Shown here piece by piece: positions 11,101 to 26,609 of a stretch of DNA of 64,000 nt (position 1 is the first letter of the stretch; the number at the start of each line of letters is the position of its first letter). The stretch comes from an uncultured Planctomycetaceae bacterium. Lineage in GTDB: Bacteria > Planctomycetota > Planctomycetia > Isosphaerales > Isosphaeraceae. The notes below the pieces were generated by a model. The model was not told the DNA's origin. It worked only from the letters and a program-made list of their open reading frames with translations, and did not search any database. A program made the translations under genes and the position numbers. Location of the stretch: positions 2,016,001-2,080,000 of the forward strand of contig CAWIAD010000001.1 in NCBI GenBank assembly GCA_963833985.1, given 5' to 3'.

Positions 11101-11572
11101 CGTGCAGTCGCTCATCGGCATCATCTTCAGCGTTGGCATCAAGGTCGCGAACACCGTGCTGATGACCGACGTGGCCCAGGAACAGCGCAAGAAGGAAGGG
11201 CTCTCGCCCATCGAGGCCATTCGCAAGGCGGCCGAGATGCGGGTCCGCCCCATCACCATGACCGCGCTGGCGGCCTTCTTCGCGATGATCCCCACCGCGC
11301 TGGCGTTGGAGAAGGGGAGCGAAGCGAATGCACCGCTGGGCCGGGCCATCCTCGGCGGCCTGATCGCGGGCGAGCCGGCCACGCTCTTCGTCGTTCCCGC
11401 GCTCTACGCACTCATGATTCACGGGAACCCGTCAGAACCGCGTGACCCCGAGGAGGCGGAGAAAGAACTCGACCAGGCCGAAGGCGGAAACGGTGGAGGC
11501 GAGGGCGAGGGCGAGGGCGAGGGCGAGGAAGATGAGAACGGCGAGGAGAATGGCGGGCGGGAGCAGGAATAG
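8120..11572 (+). CDS. RND efflux permease (AcrB/CusA superfamily)
   Basis: 1150 aa with RND topology; INVMTLSGLALAIGPMVDSAIICLEN and RVRPITMTALAAFFAMIPTAL; acidic (GE)n tail. Confidence 0.95.
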   Translation: MRGLIRASMMNPWAVTVFALAIVLLGGISVSLIPIDILPVFKSPAVQVMTFYSGMPPRNVERDITNRMERWTDMAAGLRRQESRSILGVSVVRDYFYENITEGEATSSVLSWAQSVLANLPPGTLPPVVMPFDPTSTTPAALVALNSPSADEKTLYDIGRYEVRNRIMTIRGALSPVVFGGKIRAVQVYMDRERMQARNMAPIDVLRAVEMSNIFLPTGELIVGDMDYFLDSNSMFETVPKMVEIPLRTEHGNRAFVGDVAEPTDDAMIQTTIVRVDGRKQVYIPVMRQKGASTLRVIDQLRAKLPEIESRLTRACRLEVIMDQSVYVRQAISSLATEGILGAGLCSLTILMFLGRWRMTAIAVMTIPLSVLSAIIFLNLSGQSINVMTLSGLALAIGPMVDSAIICLENTDRHLEQGLPPNVSALKGASEVALPELVSSLSTLLVLSPLAIMPGMSSFLFMPMTLSVAFAMTTAYILSRTLIPTCAAAWLKPKQEQEAQTGGRRGFIGRAFDRWQRLIDDWIKEYGKMLDWVLDHRWITVIVGYGLLALVLLGLTLPLRREFFPQADAGAFEIYVRAPSGTRLEVTNRRIAQVEDFIKQQIPPKDLKILVSEIGVTPDFSAAYTPNAGKMDTVVRVQLTEQREKGSYEYADQLRKAFPTQEQFHDLEFAFNAGGLIRGALNQGKTTPISIRVTGKKQEMAHKIADAVRRKVANIEGVVDCRILQRLDYPEYIIDVDRAKAADLGLTQEEVMKCVIAAFNSSIQYNKRNFWIDSVSGNQYFVGVQYPLASVHSVETLLDVPITGINQSKHDRRVVVEGPPGIVPGLERNADHGNPAPVLLSTLVKLRRSSIPTEIDHVDISPAIDLNVGVHGRDLGHVANDIYDAIDGHFGKLHPQESSRGGQDAGTRWDAFDPDSDGQQTLEGTEIELSGEYSGMMQTFQNLGIGLSLAVVIIYFMMVSLDKSFLVPLCVLIAVPLILIGVWPVLFLTGTSLNVQSLIGIIFSVGIKVANTVLMTDVAQEQRKKEGLSPIEAIRKAAEMRVRPITMTALAAFFAMIPTALALEKGSEANAPLGRAILGGLIAGEPATLFVVPALYALMIHGNPSEPRDPEEAEKELDQAEGGNGGGEGEGEGEGEEDENGEENGGREQE

Positions 11573-11712
11573 GGCACGCCCGACCCACCGGCCAGGACGC
11601 CGCCCTTTTTCCTTCAGTTCGGACGGAGAAGTGAGGTGCGGGGGACCCTTTCGCAGAGCTAACCCAGTACCGTTGAAATAGCGATCAGTTGAGTGCAGGC
11701 AGAAGTTTGTCC

Positions 11713-11842
11713 CTCGTTCCCACGCTCTGCGTGGGAATGCCGTCTGCGACGCTCCGCGTCGATTGGGCCCGGGCCGAGGCTGGGAAATCCATGGGACGCT
11801 GAGCGTCCCGACCGGTGTTCCCACGCAGAGCGTGGGAACAAG
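11713..11842. repeat. REP doublet / MITE-like element between convergent genes
   Basis: CTCGTTCCCACGCTCTGCGTGGGAA ... TTCCCACGCAGAGCGTGGGAACAAG: 25-bp inverted pair (24/25), each arm itself palindromic. Confidence 0.85.
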
Positions 11843-11897
11843 TTGTTCACAAATCTCTTGCCTCATTATTGTGAACACGATCTCAACGGTATTAGCG

Positions 11898-13316
11898 CTA
11901 GCCCTTTCCCTTCGCCAGGATCTGGAGGATCTGCTCCACCTTCGATTCAAGGCTCTCCAGCCGCCGGATCACGCTGGCCGGATCAGAGTCCGTCGCCGGC
12001 TGGTTGAGGGCCCTCGATTCCTGGGCGATCCGGCGCTTCAGACGCGCGAGTTCAAGACGGCCTTCCTTGTACTCCTGGATCGCCTGCTCGGTTCCCATCT
12101 TGAGATCGTCAAGCCTCTTGCGGCTTTCCTCGGCGATCTTCTTTCGCTCCTCAGGTGTGACCTGGGGCATACCTCCACCCATACCTCCACCCATCCCTCC
12201 CCCTATTCCTCCATAAAAGGGCGTTTCCCACTGCCTGATCGCCTGGAGCTGACGCTGAACGGCTGCCTTGAGATCCGATGTTTTGATCTCCAGCAGCTCC
12301 GCTTCCACTCTGTGTGTTTCCAGCCGGTCAGCGAGTTGATCGACATCCACAAGTCCATTCTCGAACACCGCCCCCTTGGGCAGGTCATTGAGTGCCTTGT
12401 GAGCGGGATCCGCTGCTCGTTGGCGCTTTTCTCACCGGTCCGCGAAGCGCCATCATCGGCTGCCTTTTTCGCCGTCTGGCTGGCGATGGCGCAGGCCCGT
12501 TCCGGCTGCAAGAAGAACCAGGGCCGAGGCAGACAGCCCCATCAGCACCCATCTGAGCTTGTTCATGAACATGGTGAAGACAACTCCCTGTGCAAGATGG
12601 GAAAGGCGAAGTGAGACACCGTGATCGAGCAAGGCCGCGGTCGAGCGGAGCAGTGCATCGGGCAAGGATGACGGGCCGGAGCGCAGCCGTGCCAGCACGG
12701 AGGGCATGCCGGCGGTCAAGCTCGCCCCGCGCCGGTCCAGCCGGTCGCGAAGCTTGTCGCGGGCCCGGGCCAGCCGCCCGCGCACCGTGCCGATGGGCCA
12801 GCACAGCCGCGCCGCGGCGTCATCGTGCGTGAGTCCTTCGAGGTAGCACAGGACGATCGGCTGCCGGTACTTCTCGGGCAGGCGGTCAATCTCCTGGTGC
12901 AGCAGACAGAGTTCCTCCTGTTCCTGGATGGTGCTGGTGCTGGTGTCTTGCAGGGGATCCGCCAGCATGCGGACCGGCGCGGGCTTGCGGCGGATCGCTG
13001 CGGCGGTGCGGTACGCGACCCCGTACAGCCAGGACGCCAGGCTCCCCGGCCGCTTGATCGTTGCGGCCTTGCGCAGGAACACCAGGAAGGTCGCCTGGAA
13101 GGCGTCGTCCACGTCGTTCGGGTCGCTGAGCAACTGCCGGCAGACGGAGAGCACCAGCGGCCCGTGCCGCTCGAGGATAGCCTCGGCCACCGACCTTTCC
13201 GGGCAGTCCAGGAACCGCGCCAGCAATTGCTCGTCGCTCAGGCCGGTGAGCGTGCCGCATTGCATGAGCACGTCCAGGTCCCTGGCAATCTGCACGCCCC
13301 CGCGTCTTCGTAGCAT
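11898..13316 (-). CDS. Planctomycete-type ECF sigma factor with TM helix and C-terminal extension (two compensating frameshifts, ~12495 and ~12425)
   Basis: [76 protein letters not shown] after MFMNKLRW. The coiled-coil C-terminal ORF 11898-12368 ([11 protein letters not shown] repeat, [15 protein letters not shown]) is in the same frame as the sigma ORF. Confidence 0.85.
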
Positions 13317-13534
13317 GATGCCCCCTCCGCGTCCCGTTTCCCCATTAGTGCCATGTCCGGGCAAAGCGATACAGAAATCTTTTTTTCACGGACCCTGTGA
13401 CCTGGCGTTGCGAGGCGGTCGAGCCCATCACGACACAGCCATGCAGTCAGGCATAACACCATAATTGGTACTGTGGCTGCGGTTTAAGTCGAGATGGCCC
13501 CGGAAAAAAAATGCGCATTTTGGGTAGAAGTGGC

Positions 13535-13580
13535 TTGACTGGTCACGGTGCAAGCCCTTTACTATTATGAAATCTGATAA
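13535..13580 (+). promoter_or_regulatory. Possible sigma-70 promoter and LTTR autoregulatory site for the LysR gene
   Basis: TTGACT (13535-13540) and TACTAT (13560-13565, 19-bp spacer), followed by the dyad TTAT-N8-ATAA. Confidence 0.35.
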
Positions 13581-13624
13581 CTGTTCGTGCGCAGTATCGA
13601 AGAACTACGAATCGGTAGAGATTA

Positions 13625-14579
13625 ATGCAGCTCGAGTCGCTGAAGATATTCTGTGACGTGGTGCGCTGGGCGAGTTTCTCGCGCGGGGCGGCGGAGAACA
13701 ACATCTCCCAATCCTCGGCGAGCCAGGCGGTGCATCAGCTTGAGCTGCGGCTGGGGGTGAAGCTGATTGACCGTTCCAAGCGCCCGCTGGTTCTGACCGG
13801 TCAAGGCAAGGTGTATTACGAAGGCTGCAAGGAGCTGGTCGGGCGTTACATCGAGCTGGAAAACCGCGTGAAAACGTTGGTTGGTGAGCACAAGGTGGTT
13901 GGAACGGTGGGTGTGGCCTCGATCTACTCCGTCGGCATGCACCACATGAGCCAGTACGTCCGGACCTTCGAGGAGAGGTTTCCGGAGGCGAGCGTGCGGC
14001 TGGAGTACTTGCATCCCACGCGCGTGGTCGAGCGCGTGGCGGGCGGAGGGGCCGACCTCGGGCTCATCTCCTACCCGCGGAAGTGGCCGGAGCTGGCGGT
14101 GATTCCCTGGCGTGACGAGGTGATGAGCCTGGCCGTCCACCCCTCGCACCGGTTCGCCGCGCTGGACGCGGTCGATATCCGCGAGCTGGATGGCGAGCCG
14201 TTCGTCGCCTTCGACGGCGAGCTCTCGATCCGCCGCGCCATTGATCGCTCGCTCCGCCACCATGACGTGAACGTTGAAGTCGTGCTCGAATTTGACAATA
14301 TCGAGAACATCAAGCGGGCGGTGGAGATCCCCGCCGGAGTCTCGATCTTGCCCGAGCCTTCCCTGGCCCGCGAGGTGCGCGCGGGCACGCTGGTGGCCGT
14401 TCGAAATCCAGGGGCAGGACCCGAAGTACCAGCTCAATCGCCCGCTGGCGATCATCCACCGCCGCAACGACAACCTCGACGTGACCGCCGCGAGGTTCCT
14501 GGAACTGCTGACCGGTTCCAACCTGGCGGGCTCGGAAGCCGAGGCGGAGCGCCGGTTGCCGGCGGCCCTGCCTCACTGA
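13625..14579 (+). CDS. LysR-family regulator upstream of gltBD (frameshift ~14403)
   Basis: HTH MQLESLKIFCDVVRWASFSRGAAENNISQSSASQAVHQLE; EFDNIENIKRAVE. The C-terminus EIQGQDPKYQLNRPLAIIHRR..FLELL continues in the frame ending at 14579. Confidence 0.9.
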
Positions 14580-14864
14580 TCCGCGGCCGTCGGGCGTTGC
14601 TCTCTCCCGCCCGGCAGCGGGATCCGCTGACTCGGCACCCGGCCTGGCGGCCGGGTCCGCCAAGACGCCGGCCGGTCCTCGCGAGGCGGGCTGGTCCACC
14701 GGACCGCACGGACCCGACGGCCTCATCCCTGCAACCTGCTCTGCCAGTCATTCCCTGGGTCGGGGAGACCGGCGGCACCATCCGTGATGAATTGCGCAAT
14801 TGTGATGGCCATTCTTTTCTTGTGACAGCCCGCTAGCACGAAGTGTCGTGGAAGGACGCCGATC

Positions 14865-19434
<4,570 letters not shown>

Positions 19435-19442
<8 letters not shown>

Positions 19443-20904
19443 GCCAACCGGATTTATCGAGATTCCACGCGAGCTGCCGAACCGCCGGCCCGTCGAGGAG
19501 CGGGTGCGCGACTACTTCGAGGTCTACCATCCCTTCCCCGAGGACAAGCTCCAGGCGCAAGGCGCGCGTTGCATGGACTGCGGCATCCCCTTCTGCCACC
19601 AGGGCTGCCCGCTGGGGAACCTCATCCCCGACTGGAACGACCTCGTCTACCGCGCGCAGTGGCGGCTGGCCATCGACCGTCTGCACGCCACGAACAACTT
19701 CCCCGAGTTCACCGGCAAGCTCTGCCCCGCCCCGTGCGAAGCCTCGTGCGTGCTGGGAATCAACAACGACCCGGTGACCATCAAGCAGATCGAGGCCAGC
19801 ATCATCGAGCGCGCCTGGGACGAGGGCTGGGTGCTGCCCCAGCCGCCCGCGGTGCGCACCGGCAAGACCGTCGCCGTGGTGGGCTCGGGCCCGGCCGGCC
19901 TCGCCTGTGCCCAGCAACTGGCACGGGCCGGACACGCGGTCACCGTGTTCGAACGCGCCGACCGCATCGGCGGCCTGCTGCGCTACGGGATCCCGGACTT
20001 CAAGATGGAGAAGCGGCATCTCGACCGGCGTCTTCACCAGATGGAAGCCGAGGGGGTGGTCTTCGAGGCCGGCGTGAACATTGGTGTGGATGTCACCGCC
20101 GAGCGGCTGCTGGACCAGTTCGATGCCGTCTGCCTGTGCGGAGGCGCCACCCAGTATCGCGACCTGCCCATCGAGGGCCGCGAGCTGGCAGGCATCTACC
20201 CGGCCATGCAGTTCCTGACCATGCAGAACCGCCGCGTGGCCGGCGATTCCTGCAACGGCGAGTTCATCTCCGCGGCCGACAAGCACGTGATCATCATCGG
20301 CGGCGGCGACACCGGTGCGGACTGCCTGGGCACCGTCCATCGCCACGGCTGCAAGAGCGTGCACCAGTTCGAGATCGTCCCCCGGCCGCCCGACCTGCGG
20401 GCGCCGGTCAATCCCTGGCCGCAATGGTCGAACGTCTTCCGCGTCTCCTCCGCGCACGAGGAAGGCGGCGTCCGCGAGTACTCCATCAACACCCGCCGCT
20501 TCGTCGGCCAGCAGGGCCACGTGCAGGCCCTGGAGACCGTCCAGGTGGAGATGAAGGTTGAGGGCGGCCGCGCCCGCTTCGCCGAGGTCCCGGGCTCCGA
20601 AAAGACCTACGCCGCCGACCTGGTCCTGCTCGCCATGGGATTCGTCGGCCCCGAGAAGAAGGGCATGCTCGAGCAGTTCGGCGTGGACCTTGATGCGGCC
20701 GGCAACGTCAAGGCTGACGCGGACAAGCGCACCAGCGTGGACAAGGTCTTCACGGCCGGCGACATGACCCGCGGCCAGAGCCTCATCGTCTGGGCCATCG
20801 CCGAGGGCCGCCACGCCGCGCGCTCGATCGACGAGTTCCTCATGGGCAGCTCCCAGCTTCCCGCACCACTCCAGTACGGCAACCAGGGCCGGCCGTTCGT
20901 CTAG
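19435..20904 (+). CDS. gltD: Glutamate synthase small subunit
   Basis: [72 protein letters not shown]. Confidence 0.99.
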
Positions 20905-20948
20905 AGCGGTTTTCTGACGCGTTGCGGGCAGTTTCTGTGTTTCGGAAA

Positions 20949-21012
20949 GGGGGGCAGACATTCCTGTCTGCCAGGACAGGCCTGCTCCGGCAGGCAGGAA
21001 TGCCTGCCCCCC
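20949..21012. repeat. REP-like inverted doublet downstream of gltD
   Basis: GGGGGGCAGACATTCCTGTCTGCC ... GGCAGGCAGGAATGCCTGCCCCCC. Confidence 0.8.
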
Positions 21013-21132
21013 GGTCTCAGTCTGCGATCCGAGTGAAAACCGCTCGAAACCAGGCAGGTCCGCGGAAGTCCTTGGACAGGATTGCCGTTCGCTTGCCCGG
21101 GGCTGAGAGCCCTGCCTGGCCGCTCTCCTGGC

Positions 21133-21240
21133 GGGGTACGATTCCCATCGTGCCATTCGATTCTCGTGGGGTACGATTCCGATCGTGCCATTCCTGGTCC
21201 ATCAGATAGAAAAAGTGACGCGAATGGTATCGTGTCCCAC
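21133..21240. repeat. Second REP-like family: two direct copies plus a degenerate inverted partner
   Basis: GGGGTACGATTCC(C/G)ATCGTGCCATTC at 21133-21158 and 21168-21193; degenerate inverted copy ..GGTATCGTGTCCCAC ending 21240. Confidence 0.7.
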
Positions 21241-21436
21241 GAAGAGCGGCCTCCCGGTCATCCAGGATCGCATCAACCTTATGAATGCCTGTCAAATAAT
21301 GATTGCGAACCTGTTCAGGATCCCCGTTTCGTTCCCGGCGGTATAATAGATTCGTGGGAGACAGCAGATCGTGGAACCGCCGGGTGCCGCGTATCGCCGC
21401 GAGTTCCGGCTGCTAACCTGGGCGGAGGGTGAACCG

Positions 21437-22694
21437 ATGGCTCGCTGGAACCCGAGGATCGGGCGATTCCACCTGCGTATCGCGGGGCTCGCTGTGCTGG
21501 CCGGCCTGGCGGGCACACACCCGTCTTCGGCCCAGCCGCCCGCGACGGAATACCAGGCACTGTTCCGCGATCCGTCCGTGACAACCAATATCACGCTGGC
21601 GGACCTGCCCAACCTCGGGCGGCTGGTCTCCCTCGAAGCAACGTCGATGTACCTGTACGCGCGCTCCGACCTGATGGACAGCCCCCGGTCGTACCTGCTG
21701 CTGAACGCGATCATGCGGCTCTGGAACGCGGCCGACGCCTTCACCGCGGCCGCGGGTTACTATCCCATGGAATATCAACGCATCAGCGCCGCCCTGCTTG
21801 TCTACCCTGACCTGGAGCTGGCTTACTACCAGGTCAGGAACCAGCTCGTGCGGCTGCCGGCCGCCTCCTCGCGCGCCCTGGTGAGCTTCGAGGACATGAG
21901 CCGCGTGATGGCCGTGATTCGCCCCTTGCTGGAGATGGCCTCGCTTCTTACCCCGGCGGGAGCGGGGACCGCGGTGCCCGCAACCCCCACCCTGGCGGAC
22001 CAGGCCCGCTCCCTTTCCAGCAGCATCGCGCCGATCACAACCGCCGTTGCGTCGGCGACACAAAGCCGACAGGACCTCGGGGCATTCGTGCGGCAGGTGG
22101 ACGTGCTCCAGAAGTTGATCCAGGGCTTCGAGCGGATCTCCAGCGACCCGGCCACCGAGCGGGAACTGGTGCTCGCCTTCCGCCCGATCCGCGACCTGGC
22201 CCAGAGCCTCAACCGCGCTGGGCCGCGGCAGGCTCGGCGGTGATGTGCTCCGGCTCTGGCGGTCGGCCCAGGATCAGATCGACGCCCTCGAGGTCGAGTT
22301 CCAGATTCCCCGCGAGCTCGTGCCGCGGCCCGCAACGCCGGCGAAGGAAATCGATCCAGCAGCCGTCGCCGCGTTCGATGCGCCCGTCCGCTCCCTCGAC
22401 ACCCTGGTGGATCGGATCGCCGCGGAGAACCCCCGGCTGCCCCAGCGCGAGCGCACGGCCGCCGACGCGCGCAGGCTCACCACCCGCCTGCTGCTTGTGC
22501 GGCAGCTCCTGCTCGGCAAGGCACCACTCGCGGAGCTGGCAAGTGCCCTGGCCGACGCCGCGATCACCTGGCGACAGCTCGAGAACCGGCTCGTCCACGC
22601 GGCCCGCACCGATCGCCAGGCGCTGGAGACGCTAAGGCAAGAAGTGGGGGCGGTCCTCGAGGCGTCCCGCAAGCCTCTCACCGGCCGGCACTGA
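21437..22694 (+). CDS. Secreted hypothetical alpha-helical protein (frameshift ~22215-22240)
   Basis: Signal peptide MARWNPRIGRFHLRIAGLAVLAGLAGTHPSSA-QPP. ORFs 21371-22243 and 22245-22694 join with one indel. Confidence 0.65.
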
Positions 22695-23681
22695 GGTTTC
22701 TCGACTCTCGGCAGCGCACAGGACGAAGAGCTGGCTCATCGCCGCGGGGTCGTCGGTGAACACGCCGGCAACCCCCAGCTCCGCTAGGTGCTCGGCAACG
22801 CCTCCCCGGCGCGTGTCGTTGACGGTGTAGACGAGCACGGGGATCCCCATCGACTGGATCGCCCGGAGGTCACTCACCCAGAGCGACTGCGGCCCGGGGT
22901 TGCGGCGATAGGCGATCGATTCCGCACCCAGGCAGGCCGCGGACAGGTGCAGCGTCTGGCCGCCGATGATCGAACCGAGATAGACTTCCGGGCGGTGCAG
23001 GGGGGTTGCGATGAGTATTCCGCGGGCGACGTCGCGCAGGGAACCCGGCGCTGCGGCGATGGCAGCCGGCACACGGGCGATCTGCCGGTGATCGAACCCC
23101 GAAAGCAAGACGCGCCGGGCTGTCCCCGTCCGGGCGATCACCTCCAGGACCGACTCCATCAGTCCCGAAGGATGCTCCGGAAACGACTTGATCTCCACGT
23201 TCACCAGCCAGTCCAGCCGGGCAGTCAGCGCGAGGGCCTCCTCAAGGGTCGGCACGCGGATCGGCCCGGAGGCACAGGGGGTCAGGTCGCTTGCGGCCGT
23301 GAACCAAGAACCGGCGTCGAGCGTGGCGATCTCGGTCCAGTCGAAATCGGCCAGCAGAAAGCCGCTGCGCTGCCTGGGGTCGCCGGCGAAACGGGCGGCC
23401 GCATCCGTCGTACGAACCAGGGTCTCGTCGTGGAAGACGACCGCGACGCCGTCACGCGAAAGCTGAACGTCCAGCTCCCAGGCCCGGGCGCCGGCGCGGT
23501 AGGCCAGGATGGCCGCTTCGAGCGTATTCTCAGGGGCATGAGCCGAGGCCCCGCGATGCGCGATCACCACCGGCTGTCTCTGCGGGCCGCTCAAAAGTCC
23601 AAGAAAATCGTTGGTCACCTTGGACACTCCGAGAGATCGAGCCGGGACACGGGCGATCCGCGGAGCCAGATTCTGGCTCAT
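22632..23681 (-). CDS. Glycerophosphodiester phosphodiesterase (GDPD family)
   Basis: VIAHRGASAHAPENTL, WELDVQLSRDGVAVVFHDETLVRTT, VPTLEE, VNVEIK, YTVND, GVFTDDP. Start position uncertain. Confidence 0.92.
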   Translation of the reverse strand: MSQNLAPRIARVPARSLGVSKVTNDFLGLLSGPQRQPVVIAHRGASAHAPENTLEAAILAYRAGARAWELDVQLSRDGVAVVFHDETLVRTTDAAARFAGDPRQRSGFLLADFDWTEIATLDAGSWFTAASDLTPCASGPIRVPTLEEALALTARLDWLVNVEIKSFPEHPSGLMESVLEVIARTGTARRVLLSGFDHRQIARVPAAIAAAPGSLRDVARGILIATPLHRPEVYLGSIIGGQTLHLSAACLGAESIAYRRNPGPQSLWVSDLRAIQSMGIPVLVYTVNDTRRGGVAEHLAELGVAGVFTDDPAAMSQLFVLCAAESRETSVPAGERLAGRLEDRPHFLP

Positions 23682-23745
23682 TGATGGCATTCGGCTATCG
23701 ACAATCAAGCGAGTGATCCATCGGCAGCGAGGCCACGGCTCGTCC

Positions 23746-23761
23746 TGGCATACTTGTTGCC
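23746..23761 (+). promoter_or_regulatory. Sigma-54 promoter of amt (copy 1)
   Basis: TGGCATACTTGTTGCC is a near-perfect -24/-12 consensus; IHF-like AATCAAGCGAGTG at 23703-23715. Confidence 0.7.
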
Positions 23762-23947
23762 AGATGGTGCGTGCGTCGTGTGAGCCTCTCCTCCTCTGGC
23801 GGTGCGTTGCAGCCCCCCTGACAAAGCTGTAAGTGTCTGCGATACCACGTTTTGTGCTTTTGAACGTGGAAACCTTCAAAAGACAGCCCGAGGGCGAGGA
23901 GTCCGTTGTACCACCAGATGATGCCTCTTTGTTAGAAGGACGTGCCC

Positions 23948-25343
23948 ATGAAGCGCGCAGTGACACCGTTTCTGCTACTGGTTGGGTTGGCCGTTCTGGC
24001 CATGGTCGCGCGACCCGCGCCTCACCCATTGCCGCCAGGGGATGCCATCGAGCTCCGGGGACGTCGCATGGATGCTCACAGCCTCGGGGCTGGTCCTGCT
24101 CATGACGCCCGGGCTCTCATTCTTCTATGGAGGAATGGTCGGCTTCAAGAACGTGGTCTCGACGATGCTGCAAAGCGTGATCGCGCTGGGTGTCATCAGC
24201 TTGCTCTGGGTGTTCGTCGGGTTCGGGCTGGCCTTTGGCGAGGACCTTGGCGGTTGGGGACTCATCGGCAATCCCCTGTCGTTCTTCATGTTTGATAACG
24301 TGAGCGACGCCCCGGTGACGCTGGGAACCGGCGAGGCCGCCCTCAAGCTGACGGTTCCGCTCCTCGTCTTCTCGATGTTCCAGCTCAAGTTCGCGATCAT
24401 CACACCGGCGCTCATCACCGGCTCGTTTGCCGAGCGCGTGCGGTTCTCGGCCTATCTGCTGTTCATGGTGCTCTTCAGCCTGTTTATCTATTGCCCCCTG
24501 GCGCACTGGACCTGGCATCCCCAGGGCATCTTCTTCAAGTGGGGCGTGAAGGACTTTGCCGGCGGGACCGTGGTGCACATGTCGGCGGGTTTTGCGGCGC
24601 TGGCGGGAGCCATCATCCTCGGCCGGCGCCAGAGCCACATCGCCAAAGAAGCGCACGAGGCCTACAACGTGCCCTACGTGCTGCTGGGCACGGGCATGCT
24701 CTGGTTCGGCTGGTTCGGCTTCAACGCCGGCTCGGCGGGCGCCGCCAACGGGTCGGCCGCGCTGGCATTCGCCACCACGAACACGGCCTCGGCCTGTGCC
24801 ATGCTGGGCTGGATGTTCTTCGACTGGATGCGCAGGCGCAAGCCGTCGGCGATGGGCGCCTGCATCGGCGCGGTGGTCGGGCTGGTGGCCATCACGCCGG
24901 CCGCCGGGTTCGTGACGGTGCGCGACAGCATCGTGATCGGCCTGGCCGCCAGCATCATCAGCAACATGGCCGTGCACTACAAGAACAAGTCCACGCTCGA
25001 CGACACGCTCGACGTCTTCCCCTGCCATGGCGTCGGCGGCATCGTCGGCATGATCTGCACGGGCATCTTCGCCAAGGACGTCGGCCTGGTCTACGGTGAG
25101 ACCAGGACGTTCCTCTACCACCTGCTGGCCCTTGGCATCGTGACCGTCTTCGCCTTCGGCGGCTCGCTGCTGCTCTACAAGATCACGGATCTGATCATCC
25201 CCCTGCGGGTGGACGAGAGCCAGGAGCACGAGGGCCTGGACCTCAGCCAGCACGGCGAGACCGCCCTTGCCGTCACGACCCTCAATGGCAACGGCCACAA
25301 GAATGGCATGGCCAGCGAGCCCCTCGTGGGCGTGACTGCCTGA
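23948..25343 (+). CDS. amt: Ammonium transporter Amt, copy 1 (frameshift ~24049)
   Basis: ATG after GAAGGA; leader MKRAVTPFLLLVGLAVLA; SGDVAWMLTASGLVLLMTPGLSFFYGG; DFAGGTVVH; WFGWFGFNAGS; DDTLDVFPCHG (twin His intact). Confidence 0.95.
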
Positions 25344-25395
25344 GCCAAAGGCCGACAAACGACCCGCTCGGATCAACCACCCCGGGTCTCTCTGC

Positions 25396-25436
25396 GAGGC
25401 GACGCGCGGCTCAGGCGCGTCGCCTCCTCGCTTTTT
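25396..25436 (+). terminator. Intrinsic terminator after amt copy 1
   Basis: 12-bp stem GAGGCGACGCGC / GCGCGTCGCCTC, 7-nt loop, followed by a T5 tract. Confidence 0.7.
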
Positions 25437-25658
25437 CGAAACCGCGGAACGCGCGCCGGAGCAGCCGCCGACAGGGCCCAATCCACTGGACAGCACCCTC
25501 CCGCGGCGGTTACGTTTTTTTCTGTGGAGTCGCAGGGAGCGCGAGGCTCCTGCGGGCCCAACACCAGGGGGCAAGGCGGCAGCCTCGCCCGCCGAGTAGG
25601 AATTCTGCCGGCGTTTACGGGGAATCGGGGCCGCACGTCGCTCGCCAGAGGAAAACTT

Positions 25659-26531
25659 GTGACTGACTTTGATTATGCATCACCGCAGTCGCTGGCAGAG
25701 GCCACGGCGCTGCTGGCCGGCTGCAAGGGCCAGGCGCGGGTGCTGGCCGGTGGAACCGATCTGATCGTCCAGCTGCGCGAGCATCTGCGCGCTGCCGACC
25801 TGGTCGTGAACCTCAAGCAGATTCCCGAACTGATGGAGCTTTCCTTCAGCGGTGCGGCGGGCCTGCGCCTGGGAGCGGCAGTGCCCTGCTATCGCATTTA
25901 CGAGCATCCGCAGATCCCGCTGGCCTATCCGGCCCTGGCCGACGCGGCACGGATCGTCGGTGGCTGGCAGATCCAGAGCCGCGCGAGCGTCGGCGGCAAC
26001 CTCTGTAACTCATCGCCGGCCGCCGACACAGTCCCCGCCCTCATCGCCCTCTCGGCGCAGTGCCTGATCGCCGGCCCGGAAGGCCACCGGCAAGTCCCCG
26101 TGGAATCGTTCTGCACGGCCCCGGGCAAGAACGTCCTCCAGCGCGGCGAGATCCTCACCACGATTCTTTTGCCGCCCGCCGCGGCCGGCACGGGTTCGGC
26201 CTACCAGCGCTTCATCCTGCGCAACGAGATGGACATCGCGGTGGCCGGGGCCGCCTCCTGGGTCAAGCTGGCTGACGACGGCAAGACCATTGCCCAGGCA
26301 CGAATCGGGCTGGCGGCTGTGGCCCCCACGCCGCTCGTCGCGGCCGAAGCGATGGCGTTCCTTGCCGGTAAGCCCGCTTCCGAGGCCAACTTCGTGGAGG
26401 CGGGCCGGCTCGCCAGCGCCAGCGCCGCTCCGATCTCGGACATGCGGGGCACGGCCGAGTTCCGCGTTCACCTCGTCGGCGTGCTCACGCGGCGGACCCT
26501 GGCAAAAGCCCTCGAACGCGCCCGGCTCTGA
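25659..26531 (+). CDS. Xanthine dehydrogenase family FAD-binding subunit (CoxM-like)
   Basis: FDYASPQSLAEA, LAGGTDLIVQLR, QIQSRASVGGNLCNSSPAADT, PISDMRGTAEFR. Confidence 0.93.
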   Translation: MTDFDYASPQSLAEATALLAGCKGQARVLAGGTDLIVQLREHLRAADLVVNLKQIPELMELSFSGAAGLRLGAAVPCYRIYEHPQIPLAYPALADAARIVGGWQIQSRASVGGNLCNSSPAADTVPALIALSAQCLIAGPEGHRQVPVESFCTAPGKNVLQRGEILTTILLPPAAAGTGSAYQRFILRNEMDIAVAGAASWVKLADDGKTIAQARIGLAAVAPTPLVAAEAMAFLAGKPASEANFVEAGRLASASAAPISDMRGTAEFRVHLVGVLTRRTLAKALERARL

Positions 26532-26609
26532 CCTGACCGTTCCACCACGCCGATCGAACCGCGAAACCTGACTCCCACTGTGGCCCTAGCCCTTCAAGGA
26601 ATACTCGCT

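Noticed and set aside
12430..12455. Two in-frame TGA codons in the ECF gene as selenocysteine or recoding
   Set aside because: The alternative frame gives a sensible peptide ([21 protein letters not shown]), and TGA is used as a normal stop throughout the window.
21133..21193. 26-bp direct repeats as a mini-CRISPR array
   Set aside because: Only two copies, a 9-bp gap, an inverted partner nearby and no cas genes; fits REP elements.
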